Source: Camelus dromedarius (taxonomy: Eukaryota). From it: a DNA stretch of 64,000 nucleotides. The translations under genes were made by a program, and so were the position numbers. The stretch is taken from positions 73,284,001 through 73,348,000 of the forward strand of contig NC_087440.1 of the NCBI RefSeq assembly GCF_036321535.1, in the 5' to 3' direction. Below the pieces are notes generated by a model. It was given only the letters and a program-made list of their open reading frames with translations. It searched no databases and was not told the origin of the DNA. Of the stretch, positions 39,822 to 53,081 are shown piece after piece (position 1 is the stretch's first letter; each line of letters opens with the position of its first letter).

Positions 39822-41111
39822 TCAGTGAATATTAACATTGATTTTAATCATCTTTTCCCTGTTGGCTGCCTATTTCCCAGTCACTTTCTGCTGTGTATTC
39901 ACAAGAGTGTGGACTGGCTGGTGGCTTCACCTGAGCCTTGTGGAGTGTCTGTCCACCAACACATTTAAACTGGATTTGGGGTTGCCATGAGATTTGTAGC
40001 TTCCGAAAATGAATGTTATCAGTTTACCCAGAGATGATGACCCATTAACCAAACTTACAGTAACTAGATACTCATGTCTCTTTCTGATGTATCTCTTTAT
40101 GTATGGTCTGTACCCAAATGCTTGAGAGTAATTTTCTTCCATAGCCTAGGGGGAGTAAAGGAAATGTCTTCAGTGGAAGCAGAAAGGTTTAGAAACCAGG
40201 CAAGGAGGAAGTCAGGATCAGAATTTTTGGCAGAACCCTCGTTTTTAATGTCATGTGTGAAAGAACTGACCATTTAAACAGATGATCCACAAGTCTGTGG
40301 GGAACTGGAAACTCCTTGCCCTGTCTGTGCTAAGATCTCACTGGCTTTAGGGCCCTCCTAGGTTTGTTAAGAATTTCTTTCTCTGTCTGTCTGTGAATCT
40401 CTCTCTCTTTCCCATGTATCTTTCAGGGGACCATTTTAGCAATTGTACCCAATATTTTTAATATTAAACCATCTAGCCTCAGGTTCTTATAAGGAGGATT
40501 TAAGAAAATTGTTAGATGTGTTTGAAAAATCAATTGGTCATATATGAGAGTTAACTTGACCTTGAAAATAAGCATTGGCCCATATTCCCAGTGCTTATAA
40601 AAAAAGCACACTAGGCCAAATCTCTATAGCTTTCCATAAAAAATAAGATATGAAAGACTTGAAAATCAGGCAGCATGACTAATAAGATGTATAAAATAAA
40701 AATTTCCTATTCTTCCATTTGGTATTTTATTTATGGGAAGATTCAAATACTGTTTGTTGTGTTTGTAGTAGACAATTATTTGTGTAATGTTACATTATTC
40801 TCATTTATCCAGCTTTGTTGCAACTGGAAAATAAATTCAAGAAAAATAACAGTAAATATGAAAACAGTCATTTTTATGACACAAACAGAGACAAGAAGAA
40901 AGATATTTGAAAGTTCCAAGAGGTTTAAAAGCATTCAAATATGGAACTGCAAAGAGCATGTAGGGGGTAGCTCAGGTGAACGAACGGTGTGGGCCAACTT
41001 TCACCTAGGATTGCCTTCCATACCCTCTGGATCCATTCTTGTACTATCTAAAATGATGTTCAGTAATAATGGTGCCTTCAGAATGAACTGAACTGTCTTC
41101 TGCCAGCCAAA

Positions 41112-41277
41112 ATATAAGTTCCATGAGGGCACCGATGTCATTTTTGATTCATCATTTACTGATTTGTTCCAGTGTAGTTTTAGCTTTCTTTATCCGTTGA
41201 TTCATTCCAGATACTTAGAATGGTATATAATATCTAGTAGGGACTTCATAAATATTTGCTAAATGGATGAGTGAATA
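41112..41277 (+). mobile_element. L2 3' end
   Basis: TAAGTTCCATGAGGGCA...CATAAATATTTGCTAAATGGATGAGTGAAT. Confidence 0.7.
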
Positions 41278-41299
41278 GGACACTTGTTGTCTTCATGGC

Positions 41300-41476
41300 A
41301 AGTAGGATGGTGGCAGTTTAGTTAATAACATTGCATTAAGGTCAACTTCCTGGTTTTGATCATTGTTCTTTGGTTATATAAGATGTTAACATAAGGGGAA
41401 GATGAATGAAGGGTATCTGGGAACTCTGTACTGTTTTTACAACTCTTCCTTGAATTAGAGATTATCTCAAAAAAAA
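41300..41476 (+). mobile_element. L1MB/MC-type 3' end
   Basis: GGTTATATAAGATGTTAACATAAGGGGAAGATGAATGAAGGGTATCTGGGAACTCTGTACTG...ATTATCTCAAAAAAAA. Confidence 0.8.
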
Positions 41477-43127
41477 TGATGTAGAATTGAGAATGGAAGA
41501 GGAAGAAGAAAAGAGTAAGGATATGGAAGGATGAGAGCCATTAACTCTGGAACAGTGCAAGAAGACAAGTATGGATGAAAGGGCAAGAAATACCTGATGG
41601 GAATGTAAGTAATTTGCCTCTGAAGGGCTAAATAGAATTTGGCTGCCATCTTACTTTTTTCGAGACCATGGGAAAATCCTGAGTTGACTCTCAAATGCTC
41701 ACTGTCCATCGTGGAATGTCATCAGTTGCTGTCTTTCACCTGTGCCACTTTGCCTACCCCTGACGGTTGCTGACGCCAACGGCTCACAGCTCTGAATTCT
41801 AGATACACCCTCCCTGCTTAAAGTTGCATTAACAAGTGCTAAGATATTAGGATTTAAGCGTGTAATTTCTTGTATAATCAGAAGACTTAAAAGAACATTA
41901 GAAAAAAAGGAGAGTTTTGGGGAGTAAAAAATGTGCAGCCATTAGAATGATTTTTGTGAAGGGAACAAATACTTACAAGTTAATCTAACCTCAGTGTTCT
42001 CAACAACCAGTTCCCCATAATGGACTAAGTTGTGTGTGTGAGTGACTAAGTTGTCTACTCAAAACTTTCAAAGCCAGAATCTCCAAGAAGTTACAGTCCC
42101 TTTTAAGCAATATCCACAGAACCTAATATAGTCCACTTCTGAGTAATCATTTAATTCTGGTGTTTGATCATTTTATTTTTAAAAAATACGCTGAGTACAT
42201 AAAAATGACTAAAATATCAACAGATTCTTTCTTCCTACGCATAACCATTAATCTTAAATGTTCTAAGAGAAGATGTTTAAAAAGTAACCCTTTGCGGAAC
42301 TAGTGCTGCTTTCTGAAGCTGTTGGCCCCTCTTCTTCCCAATCTCGACTTTCTTTCTTTTATTTTATCTTACTTGCCACCTTGCAGTTATAAGAATTCCA
42401 GCATGTAGGAGTGGACTGGTGGGAGGAGGCAAGAGGGCTGCATTCTGCCTTGCATTCAGTTGTACATCAGCCTCGGAGCCTGGCTGGCAGCAGTGTTGTG
42501 GACAATGGGTCTTTCAAACAAACAGAACGTTGTCTGTTCCTTCCTTCTGTAATTTTTGGCAGAGTTCTCTGTTATGTGTCTGGATTCTGGAAACTTTGGA
42601 TGAATAAACTAGGACATGGTATTAATATAAAGAATATAAAGAACTGGCATCTTTGTTGACTTATTCAGCAGACTATGTGTACGTTAAAAAAGCCAAATAA
42701 GCACTTTCAGAAGCGTTGTCTGCACGCGTCTGGGATTTTAGAGTTTAAACAATGTAAAATGCAGTTCCTTAGAAAAAGGCCGGGATAGTCTCTGGATGCT
42801 TTAAAGTTTACTTTCTGAATAAGGATATCCCGCTGGCCACAGATGAATACTGTATGAGCAATGCATGTAGCACTGCACATCTGTTAGCATATGGACCAAA
42901 CATACCCCAAAAAACACAGTGACAGAGTTAAAAGTGAGTTTCTTGGGCTGAAATGTCATAGAATTTACAGCCAAACTAGGTGAGCCCCTCTTGGTAATAG
43001 AATGGTGATGATGAAAAAGATTAGGCAAAAGTTAGAATTGAGATGCCAGTTTCCTACCTAGAGAGGCTAGGCATTGCTACAAAAATTCATTTGGTATAAC
43101 TGATAAAATGAGTTGTTCGCAATAGAC

Positions 43128-43335
43128 CAGCGTTTGTCAACCTCAGCACCACTGGCGTTTTGGGTCAAATAATTATTTGCTGTCCTGTGCATTGTAGGAT
43201 GTTTAGCAGAATCCTTGACCTGTGCCTCAGAGATGCCAGTAGCACCCCGCTCCCCCGCTTACAAAAATCAAGACTTTGTCAAATGTCCCCGGACAGATAA
43301 GGGAGGAAAAAAATCATCCTGGATTAGAATGCTTG
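43128..43335 (-). mobile_element. MER20 (hAT-Charlie) DNA transposon
   Basis: CAGCGTTTGTCAACCTCAGCACC...CCTGTGCATTGTAGGATGTTTAGCAG...TGTCAAATGTCCCC. Confidence 0.9.
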
Positions 43336-43912
43336 GCATGGCCCATACTGACCAGAAGGAAGTTCTATACTCTTACAAAAAGATTTACAGTTTGTACCAG
43401 ATCCATGAGGTACATGATGGGACAGTCTAACTTGGAGGGCTTCATTGTTCATTGGACCTTTGAAATGTCTAGTCATGTGAGCAAAGAGTGAGTAAACAGA
43501 GTGGCTAATTGCCCAGCAGAACAACATTCCTCCATCAGTTAATTATCCCCTTTCACCTTTGTATCTCCTGACTAACTCTTCCCTGACTTCCTTCTTCCTT
43601 CCCCTGACCATGGAATTGCCTCCTTTATCCCAGAGCAAATCAAAATGTCTCTTGACAATGCAGAGGTTTAAAATTACTTTATTTTCTCTCCACATCATGA
43701 CTAACTTCTCAGAAAAGTAGTCTTCAGTGCCTGCCTCCACCTCCTCACTGCCTGCTTTCTGGAACACATCCCAATTTGCCTTTTTTTTTTCTTATAACAC
43801 TACTAAAAGTGGTCCCCCAAATGCTACAATTCAATATTCTAATGATCACATTAGCTGAACTTTTCTTGAATTCATCTTTTTTGACTTCCATGCAACTTCT
43901 GATATTCATGAT

Positions 43913-44090
43913 CAATGGTTCTTAAATGTTATTATGTGTCAGAATCACTAGATGTCTTATTAAGACACAGCTGTCTGGGCTCCACACTCAGTAGGCTCTG
44001 GGCCTGAGAATTTGTACCTCTCACGGGTCCCCAGGTGATGTCCAGGTGATGCCCATGCTGCTGGTCTGGGGATCAAAATTCAAAGGCTGG
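43913..44090. mobile_element. MER5A (hAT-Charlie) DNA transposon
   Basis: CAATGGTTCTTAAA...CAGAATCAC...GGCCTGAGAATTTG...CCCCAGGTGATG...GCTGCTGGTCTGGGGA. Confidence 0.85.
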
Positions 44091-44200
44091 TCTTGATTAT
44101 TCTCTCCTTGAGTGCTTCAGTTTGGCTTTCATGATCAGAGCTTCCTGTTGCTGACTCCCATTGACATTTCGGGTCATATTTTCTAGTTCCCTCCATGCCT

Positions 44201-44447
44201 CAGTGGCTTTCAGTGAGGGTGATTTTGCCCCTCTCCCAGAGGAAATTTGGCAATTTCTGGAGATACTTTTGTTTATCAAAAATAACTCGGGGTTGGGGTG
44301 GGACGGCAGAGGGTACAGCTGCAAACAGTATCTAGTGGATGGAGACTAGAGGTGCTGCTGAACATCCTATGGTGCACAGAACAGCTTCCCACAGTGGAGA
44401 AATGATCCAACCCAAAGTGCGAGTGGTGCCAAGACCGAGAACCGTTG
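44201..44447 (+). mobile_element. MER20 (hAT-Charlie) DNA transposon
   Basis: CAGTGGCTTTCAGTGAGGGTGATTTTGCCCC...ATTTGGCAATTTCTGGAGA...GCTGAACATCCTA...GAGAACCGTTG. Confidence 0.9.
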
Positions 44448-45267
44448 CTCCGAGCACGGGCGCACCCCAAGGACACAGCCCTCTCAGCCTCTGTGCCGAG
44501 TGTGCCTCTCGCTTGTCATCCGCATTCTCAGAGCTCCACCTCACGCCTCTCTGGAAATGACTCCCAAAGCTGTATCTCTAAGTCTGGCACTACTCTTGAG
44601 TCCTTGCCTAGTTTTCCAACTGCCTGGTGAATATCAACTGGATGAGCCACCAGTATCTTCAGTTTAATGCACTCAAACCAAACTTGTGCTTATTGTAGGA
44701 GAATTCTTTATTTCCATTATGGTAATCGTCATTTGACAACTCACTGTGGGGGAACTATTTGGCATTATCTCTACCTAATCTTCCCTCCTTCCCTTTAGAA
44801 CCAATCAAGTGCACGTTGTTGATGTATCTCTACCCATTTAGGCATTCATAACATGTATAAATGCTAAAAGATGGTTCTTTTAAGAACAGAGGCATAAAGT
44901 CAGATGTGTTGCTCAGAAACATTATTCTGGCAGAAATGCAAGGAATTCACAAATATTTGGGAAGATCAAAAGAGAAACTCACCATCACATATGAGATTAG
45001 CTAGTGTTTTGATTGGCCAGAGAAAAATATGTCCCATTGTTCCCGGGAAAAGCAAAGGGATCTGCCTCTCTAGAACGCAGTCCAGCACTGCTTGGAGAAA
45101 GTTCTCATCTGACGTGCTGTGCTTCAGACGAAGGATTAGTATGAGGACGTTATCGTCTCAAAAACATGATGAATCTTTTCATTAGATTTGCTTTAGGGGA
45201 GGCCACCATATATTTTATTTCTTGATTGACTGTCATGTATATTGTCCGTGTTTTTAGTCCTATTGGC

Positions 45268-45480
45268 AATACTAATAATAGCCACCCATTTTTGAGCACT
45301 TTCTAAGTACCAGAATAAAATCTTTGCATGCCAGTTTATATATAGTAAGTCTATTTAGTAGATTCTGTTATTGCACCCAGGATGCATTCGTGGAAACTAA
45401 AGGTTAAAGAGGGTAAGGAATAAATTCAAGGTTGCCTACATCATAACTGGTAGAATTAGGATTTGAAGACACACTGCCCA
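45268..45480 (-). mobile_element. MIR SINE
   Basis: AATAATAGCCACCCATTTTTGAGCACTT...GGAAACTAAAGG...CAAGGTTGC...AGGATTTGAA. Confidence 0.65.
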
Positions 45481-46404
45481 GCAACCAAACTGATGCTTCT
45501 CCAGCAGCACAAAATTCAGTTGCTGTGGGACATGGTTCTTGGAACCTCGTCTTGATGAATAACCAGACCCATTCTCCTCAGACTCTGAGACCTGGGTGGA
45601 GAAGGAGAGGCCATACAGCTCCACCCTGGTACCTCCAGGGGGTGGTGGAGGTGGTTCCCCATTAGTGAGAGAAGCAGTGCAGCCGGCTAATGGAGGGAGA
45701 CGCAGAGGAGAGCTTTGTGGGAATTTATTACAGAGACATCTGCAGTTCTCTGTCTCCTGCACACCCTTTCTCTTTCGTAGCTTCCATTTCTAGGCGGTAA
45801 TGGATGCAAAATTACTGCAGCATTTTGTTCTGCCAGGCTGACCCCATTACATGTACCATAGTTGTAAAGCTCTGGCTTAGTTACTGTTTGCATGTTCAAG
45901 ATTCCTATGAGCAGGGACGTATGGGGCTTGGACACAGTTCCAGAGGGGCAGCCTCATTTCACAAACCAGGAAACCTGCCTCATTCTGGAGTGGGTATTGT
46001 TTTAATCACTGATGCTGATGGAATAAACCCTACTGCTGTCTCCCTAATAGATGTTTCTCTGGTGCATAAAGGGTTTTTAAATGAATGTCAGGTCAGAGGT
46101 AGCAGGGAATCATAATTTCAAATGCAATAATTATGAAAGTTTGGGGAGATTTCATTTTCATTCCATCATCCCTTTGTCTTCACATTTTGTTAGGGAACAG
46201 CAAAAGATACACCAGGATGTTTGGGGTATTTGTGATTCCTAGTCTTGATCAAGTTTAGTCTCCCTTCCTCTTTTCTTCTCCATGCCTTTCCAAAGATTTC
46301 TGCAACCCTCATCCCACCACACCTGGTGATAATCCTTACTGGAAAAATGAACAAATTGATTGTGGTCATAATTCATATACCTTTATCCACTGGAGATTCT
46401 GATG

Positions 46405-46520
46405 TTCATCCATTTAGTCAAAATATATTGTGTTTATTCTAGGCAACTTTCTAAGCACTATAGATATATTAGGGAACAAGACATCATGGTAGGCCCTGTT
46501 CTAGAGTTTACATTCTAGAA
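46405..46520 (-). mobile_element. L2 3' fragment
   Basis: TTCATCCATTTAGTCAAAATATATTG...GGAACAAGACA...GAGTTTACATTCTAG. Confidence 0.55.
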
Positions 46521-46562
46521 ACATTTATCAGAAAGTAGCCACATGTGTTTCAAAAAAGTTGT

Positions 46563-47046
46563 CTCTTTTTGTTTAAAAATTTGTTGAGTACATTTTATGT
46601 GTAACATTGTGTAAGTTTAAGATGTATAGTGTGTTACTTTGACACATTTATATATGGAAGTATGATTGCTGATGTAGCAATATTTATCACTTTACATAAT
46701 TAATAGTACAGTATTATTATTTATGTTCATTATGCTGTGCATTAGATCTTCATGGCTTATTTATTATTTGTTACAAACTTGTACCCTTAAACACCATCAC
46801 TCTTGTTTCTCCCTCCACCATCTCTTGGTAACTACCATTTTACTCTTTTTTTCCTGACTTTTAAAAATTCTACATATAAGTGATAGAGATTCTTTACCGT
46901 TCTCTGTCTGATTTATCTTGCTTAGAATAATGTGCTCAAGGCTCACCCATGTTGTCCCAAATGGGAGAATGCCTTCCTTTCTCATGGCTGAATAATGTTC
47001 CATTGTGTATATATGTACCACATCTTTTTTTATTCATTTATTGATG
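46563..47046 (-). mobile_element. L1 3' end (L1MA-like, laurasiatherian type)
   Basis: TAACATTGTGTAAGTTTAAG, CTACATATAAGTGA, CTCATGGCTGAATAATGTTCCATTGTGTATATATGTACCACATC; ORF 46797-47021 (MVHIYTMEHYSAM...) translates the familiar L1 3' region. Confidence 0.9.
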
Positions 47047-47592
47047 TTGCCCTTTCTTATATATGGTATATTATGTTAATTGTACTATATGAAATATAAT
47101 ATATCATGTATTATATATAATATCTCATAAATCGTTTTTCATCTATTCTCTACTTTACCCTACATCTCTCTCCACTATTTCACACATTTCATAAACTACT
47201 TTGATACATACATATTTTGTTGTTATTGCCTGTGATAGTCTACATGGAGGGAAGGGACTAGATGGAAATAAGTTAATCATGGAATGTACAGACTATCTTT
47301 CCTTTTAATGTAAGTGCCAAAATAGGAATGATATTGGTCATCAGAATGTATTTCTATTTCACTACTAAGCTGGTAAAAAAAAAAAGAACTATGGACATGT
47401 GAGCATGGTCTGGGTCCCAGATACTTAAAAAATAATCATTAACTGTTCCTAAAGGATTTTATTATATTTCCTGAAATCCTGGACTGTCTATTTTGAAGTG
47501 TGCTTCCCCCTCCAAAAATAATGTGCAGCAGTAAATTTGTAAGACCATTTTTAAAACTACACAGACAGTTGTGAGGGGCAGAGGTAGCTGGT

Positions 47593-47611
47593 GGGTGGGA
47601 GAGGGGAAGGG
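47593..47611 (+). other. Canonical G-quadruplex motif
   Basis: GGG-T-GGG-AGA-GGGG-AA-GGG. Confidence 0.5.
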
Positions 47612-48229
47612 CTAGTGACAAAAAAAAAAAGAGATGTTTCAAGTCTTGGGCAGCATTTCTGTCTCTTCCAGCATTTGTCAGATTTCAGCTATTAGTCTGT
47701 CAACATCAGACAGACTGAAGGACACACGTCCTCTCAAGGTGAGCCCTTGAGAAAGGGAAATAAGGAAAAAGTCAGTGTTGGCATTGACAGAGAAATGATC
47801 CCACTGGGGCCTGGGCTATGCTTGGAGAGGAAATGATACTAATACCTGGGTGTGTGCTTAGAGGGCCAGAGGTTTCACGTAGTGGAGTAGGGATGTGGAG
47901 GGAGTGACAGCAGTGAATGAAGGAGGCCCTCTGAATTTGCTTGAGTAAAGACGCGAAACCAACTCAAAGACGTAGGACACACGTTTTAGGGAAAGAAGAT
48001 GGGTCTGACTTGCGCTGAGACTCTGGCAGCTCAGCCAAGAAATGGTGAATCCCATCTCAAGGGGGAGAACAAATCATTCTCATGGTGGGAAAAAAAAAAA
48101 GCAATGACCCTTTTCTTAACAAAGCCATGCCCTTCTCTGTGAACTCAATGTCTTTTCTCAGAGAACATAGGTAATTTCATAGCCTTATTTTGCTCATGAA
48201 AATTCCAGCAAAAAGCAAAATTCATCAAA

Positions 48230-48610
48230 TATTTCTGGCTTTCCATGTTCTGGGAACATAGTAAGCTTACACATCCTGAAACTTCCTGTATTGAATAGTG
48301 TCATGTGATCATGTGAGGCCAATAAGCTGTGAAGGGGAGTGACATGTGTCCTTTCCAGGTCAGGCATTAAGTGTTGTATGAGACCCTCTATAGCCCTCTC
48401 TTTCCCCTTTGCCAAGGCTATCAGCAATCTTTAGATGGTGGGCATTCCAATAGCCTGCCCCCGGAGCGAGCACCAGGATGATATGCAGCAAAGCCTCCAG
48501 TCCACCCACAGCAGGCAGAAATAGACCTTTGTTTTACCTTTGTTTTGAACCATTGAGATTTTGGGCTTGTTTGTTATGGCAGCATAACCTAGCCTGTTAT
48601 AATGGATATA
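48230..48610 (+). mobile_element. MaLR LTR (MLT1I/J-like)
   Basis: GTGAAGGGGAGTGACATGTGTCCTTTCCAGG...AGAAATAGACCTTTGTT...GAGATTTTGGGCTTGTTTGTTATGGCAGCATAACCTAGCC. Confidence 0.75.
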
Positions 48611-49959
48611 TTTGGTTACATGTAAGTATCAGATGTTTTATTTTTCTTAATGAATAGAGGTAAGGAGTTTGTGTAATGTTATAAATCTCTTCTCACAACC
48701 CACACTACCACCCCATTATACCCACAGCCCTATTCAGGGGGTACAGTTTCCTCAAAGGCATTTTATTTTAGTCCTAGAAGACTTGAGTGCACTTTAAAAA
48801 ATGCAGTCCTTAGGAATGTGACAGAATGGAAATACTACATTAGTAGATGCCTTAGTATCTGATGGGCTTTTGTGCATGGAGAGGAGCAATCATTACTTTC
48901 TGTATTTTGTTTAATGCTCTGTTTAATTAAATCATGTATCTAAAAATCTAAACTTTTAAAAACTAAACTTTATGATTAATTCCTCTTCTAATTTTAAATA
49001 TTAATTCCACATTTTGTATGGCTGATTTTTCAGAACATTTCAAATACCTTAAAATACACACCTTTTACACTTAAACCTCTACTCAGGCTTAAATCTATAG
49101 CAAACTATGCATTTGATGCATTGTATCATTATTTCTGGACTCATTTTTTGTTTTCTAGGATTATATATTAATACCCAGCTAATATATTAAGTAGTAGTTG
49201 CTTCTCAAAGTATATCAAATCTTAGCTGTTGGTCAGCAGGCTGAGATTATTTTTTTAACCATTAAATTCATTTATTGTTTCAGTATACAACTGCCTTCAG
49301 AAAAGTCTAAATGTTTTTCTTTCATCTTGCTGTCTCTCCCCCAAGTAATATATATTTAAAAGTTGCACTTGGCTACATTATATGAACATGCTCATTATTA
49401 GATATTGTCCTTTATTTAACATTATTTAAAAACGTATACATTTATAAACAACTTTTTCCAAAGTCAAGGATGATCTGGCAGTTTCATCTCCCAAGAGGTA
49501 CTCAGATGAATGAGTCTGAGTAGTTATTTCTCCTTAGCTCATTAGATTAATGTGTCATTCTAGAATGCTCTGGCAAGTCCTTTTCCACTAGCTTACTAAG
49601 CATGAAGTCCAGAGCTGACCAGCCTCATCTGCTAGTGGTAAGCCTCCTTCTTTGTTTTTCAGGACTGTTTGATATATTCCCTGATATAGTTTCCATTACT
49701 TTTAATCACCATTCTCTACTCATTCAGTAGTAACATGCCTACCGATACTTTACAGACAGGCACCTAAGTAAAAGCTACAATAAAACATCCATGCATATAT
49801 AGTTTAGCACGCCTTTTCTTATTGAAATCAGTAACAGTTAAATATATTTTATTATGTTCATACTTCTTTCCTATTACAGTTAACTGTAATATGAATTATA
49901 ATAACTTTTTTGAGTATCACTATGAACTTTCATAGACTTAGCTTGTTTCAGTCAACAAT

Positions 49960-50160
49960 AAACATACTGAGTAATTTTGTTGTTATTCATCTCATTTACT
50001 GTTCAGCGTATCCCCAGCTGGCTAGTAGGATCTTCTTTAAGTGGACCCTTTGTCCTTTCAGCACTTCCTTTGGTATTTTTGTGCATGTACTTCTGTTTTG
50101 GCAACAATAGTAGTTCTAGGCTCATGGAGATTATTTCCTGCCCCAAGATATGAAACAGGA
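49960..50160 (-). mobile_element. Possible L1MD/ME 3' UTR fragment
   Basis: CCCAGCTGGCTAG...GCACTTCCTT...TTCTAGGCTCAT...TTTCCTGCCCC. Confidence 0.4.
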
Positions 50161-51694
50161 GAACTGCAGAGAAATTGCACATGTGAGCGCTGATCGATGG
50201 CCTGAGTGTCCCTGTTCTGAGCACCTTAAGTAATAACAAAGCTGAAAAATATATTTCTTCCTAAGGTTGTAGTTCACACCGATTTTTTCCATGATAAGAG
50301 CATAACTTCTGGTAATTTCTCTCCAACTGGTTTCTGATGCCTGCTTACAGTTTTCATCCAGATGATCAGTACACCATAAATATCAGGGAATGCGCATAAG
50401 AGGGGCTGATAGGAAAATCAAACTCCAGAAAAGCAAGCCGAGTGTGAGACTGTATTCCTACGTAAACACACATGCCCCTGAAGAAAAGCCTGAAAGGGTC
50501 TACTCTAAAATTGATTTATCCTCCTCACTATGCTTTTAAATTTTTTATATTATCCGATTTTTCTTTTTTGAGCATATTTTATTTTTGCAATGAGAATGCA
50601 AAAGTATTATTTTTTTAAGTAATGAAAGGAAAAATTCCAGCAGGAAATAGCTCTATGTATTTTTCATCAAACACACTGAATCTTGTATATACAGCATATT
50701 CATAAAATCTCAAAAATTGGGTACTCTTTGTAACTAGGTGATATTTTGCTTTTTGTGTCCATACTATCCCTTTAGAATGAGGAGGATTGTAGATAATCTT
50801 ATTGTATCATATTTCTGCTTCACTGCATTGCTCTCTGGGGGGAAAATTAACAGCAAAAGACTTGTCACTTGAGTTCTATTCATGACCTCTCTTCTGTGAG
50901 CATTATGGGTGGAATGCAGCAAAGAGGAGATGCAATTCCTGGGGAATATGGGCTCATAGATCTTTCAGAATAATGTTAGAAGAAAAGCTTTCTCATGATT
51001 GCTGTAGCGAGTGATGCTTTTAACTGCTTCAGAGTCATTGTTGTAAGAGCGTTGAATCCAGAAGTGAGGAACAGGGCTATATTCCAAGTGGCTTTTCAAG
51101 ACATCCGAGCGTCTGCTCTCAGGCCTCCATCAGCCATGTGGATGTGTGTATCATAAAAGCGTGGGGTCGTGAACCCATTGGTGTGACATAAATCAAGAAA
51201 GAAACATGCCTCTTTGCTGGTGTAAAGGACAGGTGTGACGGCTCACTTACAAGTGAAGAATCACATTTGAATTATAAGAAGAGCTTTCTGGCTCCACAAG
51301 GACCTTGAAACTTCACTTGAATGGTGACACTTCCAACATTTTCACGTGGTCAGCCGTTTCCTCTATAATTCCATTTACGTCTAAACTTCACCTTCAGCAG
51401 CATTTTCGGTTTCTGTTTCTTTCTTGGCCAATTCTGTCTTTTGATTATCCAATTCTATAAAATGTCACGTGGATGTATCACTGGGAGACAAAGAGGCAGC
51501 ACCCTATGTGTTTTGCTGTCTCCGCATGAGCTGAATAACAGATGCTCACTGACCATTCACTGTCAGACTTGGATAGAACGGATGTGATTGGTCATGGGTC
51601 GTGGTGCACATCGGTAATGTATGCAGTGATTGTGGACTGAACAGCTAGCAGCGAAGTTTACACTTCATGCAAATACGGTTAGTACAGCACAGCA

Positions 51695-52000
51695 CAGGCA
51701 CGCCTCGTTTTGTTGCAGTTGACTCTGTGGTGCTTGGCAGATCCTGTGCTTTTTACAAATTGAAAGTTGGGGGCAATCCTGCATTGTCAGGTGATGTTTA
51801 GCATTTTTTAGCAATAAATTATTTTTTGATCTAAGTATGTACAGTTTCTTTAGGTGAAATGCTATTGCGCACTTAATAGACTATACATAACTTTTACATG
51901 CCCTGGGAAACCAAAAAAAACACACATGACCTATTTTATTGTAATACAGCTTCATGGTGGCAGTCTGGAACTGAACCCGCAATGTCTCCAAACTTTTCTG
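51695..52000. mobile_element. Tigger1-derived internally deleted DNA transposon
   Basis: 5' CAGGCACGCCTCGTTTTGTTGC...TTTTACAAATTGAA; 3' GCTATTGCGCACTTAATAGACTA...GTCTGGAACTGAACCCGCAATGTCTCC. Confidence 0.85.
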
Positions 52001-53036
52001 CAACTGAAAATTAAACTCCTTGGTTGGATACTGAACTTATTAACTAAGTCATGGTAGCTGAAACCTGTACACATCCGTACATACCACAGCCATGCAAAGT
52101 AAGGACTGCCTGTGTGTATGTGTGTATTTAGTATTTTTCACTTTGTATCTTCAGCCCACCATGCCACACACTTAGTGCTGTGTAATTTCTAGGTTAGTGT
52201 GTTCTAAGACAAGTACTATTCATTTTCATCTGTGTTGGCCAGTTTATTCCAAAGTGGCTTTTTGTCCTGCAGTATATTCTGGGTGCTGGTGAAGTTTTGA
52301 CCCATAATAGCTGACAAATAATTGCAGGTGGTCATGCACAGAAGCAAAAAGGAAATTTCACTCTGGTTGTTAACATGAAGATTTCCCAAGGGTTAGGGGT
52401 GCTAGCAGGGGAAACAGAATAATGAGTAGCAGATGGGATTGATGGGAGCTCTCTGACATTTTGAGGATAATCCTTACACATCGCTGCAGCCTGAGGGAAG
52501 CTTGGCCAAAAGAAACTGGCCAGAGGCGTGTTCTCACTTTGGATGACTTGGAGAGAAAGGCAGTCCTATTAATAATGTACAAATATTGGGAGACTTTCCC
52601 CCCACTGGAACTCTGCTGTAATGGTCCCATATAATGCTGATTCAGTTAGCATTCCCGTTTCCAGATACTAAATGGGATAGGTAAGTAAAAGAATTGAGAA
52701 CAGCCATTTGAAGACAGATTTTAATATTCTTTGCAGATTCAACAAGGATAAATATTCTTGTTAAAATAACTAGACCCGGTGTTAGTATAAATATATACAG
52801 TGGAAATAGCATTTTACTTGGAGTACATAGTATTCAAGTTTACCTTATGGTCATGCCAGTTATTAACTACATTTGGTCATTCATTTACCCATTAATTTAT
52901 TTTCTTACAAGTTTTTTTTTTACCATGCGAATATCATGTGTCAGGTACCACACGAGGCTTTATGCCATCAGGGTCAAATCACTTTACTTCCTTATGTTTC
53001 TCACCTGTGGGAGTCTTAGACTTCTGAAATCTACTT

Positions 53037-53038
<2 letters not shown>

Positions 53039-53079
<41 letters not shown>
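53039..53079. repeat. (AC)n microsatellite
   Basis: About 20 AC units. Confidence 0.97.

Positions 53080-53081
<2 letters not shown>

Larger units (their letters stand above)
43545..44690 (+). mobile_element. L2 fragment interrupted by MER5A and MER20
   Basis: Pyrimidine-rich L2 internal motifs before 43913, between 44090 and 44200, and after 44447 (TGTATCTCTAAGTCTGG...TCCAACTGCCTG). Confidence 0.55.

Noticed and set aside
40960-41010. GGGGGTAGCTCAG resembling a tRNA or tRNA-SINE 5' end
   Set aside because: No B box (GTTCRANNC) and no cloverleaf.
51683-52002. Apparent CA rather than TA flanks of the Tigger1 derivative
   Set aside because: The left flank TA-CAGCA-CAGCA-CAGGCA is better explained by slippage after a normal TA insertion.
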